DNA from: Hydrurus foetidus
Lineage: Eukaryota
Direction of reading: 5' to 3'
NCBI GenBank assembly: GCA_900617105.1
Contig: UYFQ01000306.1
Span: 53,957-73,956, forward strand
Length of the DNA: 20,000 nucleotides
The notes under the pieces were generated by a model. That model saw only the letters and a list, made by a program, of their open reading frames with translations, was not told the origin of the DNA and did not search any database. The first letter of the stretch is position 1; each line of letters begins with the position of its first letter. Positions 17,978-20,000 of this stretch are shown in pieces. Position numbers and translations under genes: made by a program.

Positions 17978-20000
17978 ATGGCGGTACGACGCCAGGAGAA
18001 GAAGACTAGCTCCATCAACGCCCTCCGACGACAGCAGCCTCGAGCTGTGGCCGTCGCTTTCCGCCAACGTCATGATGAGCATAACCAACGACGAGCAGAT
18101 GCAGATTTTCCTGGGTCACCTGCGACTCAGGACCCCGCCGGCGACCTGTCTGCACCGATTCCTCAGCGGAATTCGGAGCCTGCGGTCATGTCTGCCATTG
18201 ATGCCCCTGTCATTTCTGCATTGAACGCTTTGTCGTTACAACCAGCTTCGGCTGCGACACCAGCTTCGGCTGCGACACCAGCTTCAGCTGAGAATCCTAT
18301 TCCAAGGACGATGGCACCACCCCAGCAATATGTGCAGACGGGTGAGAGAGCTCCTAAGTTGAGCGCCGTGCCCTCTCGTCAGGAAGTACTACGGGTAATG
18401 GAAGTTCTCCTTTCAAATGGAACTCCATTTAAACCAGTTGACGTAGTCCATGTTTCCAACCATCAATCGTTTACAACGCTTCTCAAGCGTAAGTTTGCGA
18501 CTGATCCCGATCGTCGCGACTCCTGTAACAATTGGAAACATTGGTCGAATCAATTGTTCTGTAGAGAACTCAATCTCACAGTTCCTACATCAGCTGTCAG
18601 CCGAACTGACAAGCTGAGCTTCATTGAAACTGTTTCTCAGGTCGCACTTCAATTCGACCTGAAGAATAAATCAGTGGAAGACAAGACAGATCAGCTTTTA
18701 GCTGATATTGTTGATGGATTCCCTGATGCAACACCCGCTCTCCAACTTCAGGCAACCAAAATTCTAATCGATAAGTTGCCTGTCGAACCTATCAATTGGA
18801 GAGCAGTGTTACAGCGTAGTCTTAACAATACAACGCCAAGACTCATTACAATCGAAGACTTCCGATTCGTATGGCTTGCGCAGCTTGCTAAGCTACGAGA
18901 ATCAATTGATGCCTTACGGTTCATTGATGTCTCTCCTTTGTATGGTGATAACTCTCGCCAAATCAAAGCTCCTGCTCGTTCCTCTCAGGACAAAATCAAA
19001 AACGTCCACGAGAGGACGAGCAATCTATGCAATCAGACAAGTCTGACAAATTCGAGAGACCTCTGTGCACAGGTTGTGGGAGACTTGGCCATTTCGTCGC
19101 CACGTGTTTCTTCACTTCGTCTCCTTGTACTATAACAGTACAGACTTACCCTATATCAACTCTGAGGTCATAAGCAGTTGTTGAAAGTCGATTCGAAGGC
19201 TAAGTTTATTCCAACTTTACCTAAGCCATCGACCTCTTCTTCATCGTCTTCCTCTTCCTCCTTCCTCTTCCTCTTCGTCAAAACCTGCTACTTCAACAGC
19301 AGACTCGACAAACCCAGCGAAGAAACACAAGGGTGAGCAACTATGCAATCTAAATTCATCATCTATTCTTTCCGATGATCCAGAACTTATTCCTTTCTTC
19401 ATATCTCCCCTCTCACAGGAGGTTATGCTGGAAAAAGTAATAGAGTCTTTTCTCTCCTGGACACCGGCTCTTTTGCTGGCAATTTTATACATCGCCGCAT
19501 TTTAACTAACCTCAATTTCACACAATTCGTTTCTAACTCTTCAAAGAAATTGTGTAAAGTTTGTAGTGGATTAGATAATCATTGTTATGATATTTCTGAC
19601 ACTATAGACTTAGCTCTTTCTTATTTTTGCCCTGATTTAAATAATTATTATACTTTTCAAATCACGGCTTATGTTTTAAACGATTCAAAATTTGATCTAA
19701 TAGTGGGACGTAAATCAATTCGCGAATTGAATTTGTTTTCACGATTCCCAGATAAGATATCTGCCAATGCTTCATCAAGCACAACCTCATTAGCGGAAGT
19801 TTTATCTTCTGAACAAGTGGATATAACGTGTGGCTGTCAACCTAAGGAGAAGTTGCAACCCTCTGATGGCTCCCCAAAGGTCGATCCTTTAACCCAAAAG
19901 GTGAAACCGGCAGTCACTCAAACACACGTTATTCTAGCCTCACTAATACAAGAGTCTGAAAGACTTTTTGAGTCTGTGCCCCCTGATGAGGCAATCGACG
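17978..20000 (+). pseudogene. gag-pro(-pol) reading frame broken by about 5 frameshifts
   Basis: Frame changes are needed near 18988, 19128, 19166, 19260 and 19420 to link gag, the zinc knuckle, the Ser-rich linker and the protease. Confidence 0.7.
18241..18290 (+). repeat. 18-nt coding tandem repeat (PASAAT, about 2.8 copies) in gag
   Basis: accagcttcggctgcgac twice, then accagcttcagctg. Confidence 0.85.

Larger units (their letters stand above)
17360..20000 (+). mobile_element. Ty3/Gypsy-type LTR retrotransposon, 5' part, frameshifted
   Basis: Putative LTR, gag-like ORF from 17978, CX2CX4HX4C knuckle CTGCGRLGHFVATC (about 19066-19107), and aspartic protease SLLDTGSFAGNFI (GAC at 19460) with DLIVG. 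The frame stays open to the window end. The Gypsy call rests on the protease signature, since RT and IN are not visible. Confidence 0.85.

Overview
Gene-dense eukaryotic nuclear DNA with GT-AG introns. Signal+transit peptides and an rRNA guide matching the stramenopile-type 18S motif suggest a plastid-bearing stramenopile (inference). From left to right: (1) a 3'-truncated, probably plastid-targeted RH39/RH50-like DEAD-box RNA helicase gene (-, 8 exons visible); (2) a 5-exon GPR89/GTG-family membrane protein gene (-); (3) a 2-exon hypothetical gene (+); (4) a 4-exon single-pass membrane protein gene (-) head-to-head with (5) a plastid-targeted DUF1279/FAM210-like gene (+); (6) a 4-exon EF-hand/coiled-coil gene (-); and (7) the 5' part of a frameshifted Ty3/Gypsy LTR retrotransposon (LTR, gag, CCHC knuckle, protease). 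The main hidden feature is that the long introns of the helicase carry a sense-strand cluster of at least six box C/D snoRNA genes in four families, two of them duplicated. They have recognisable rRNA guides and mostly non-canonical C boxes, and there are two weaker ncRNA candidates nearby. rRNA targets were matched from memory of conserved rRNA sequence, not by search.
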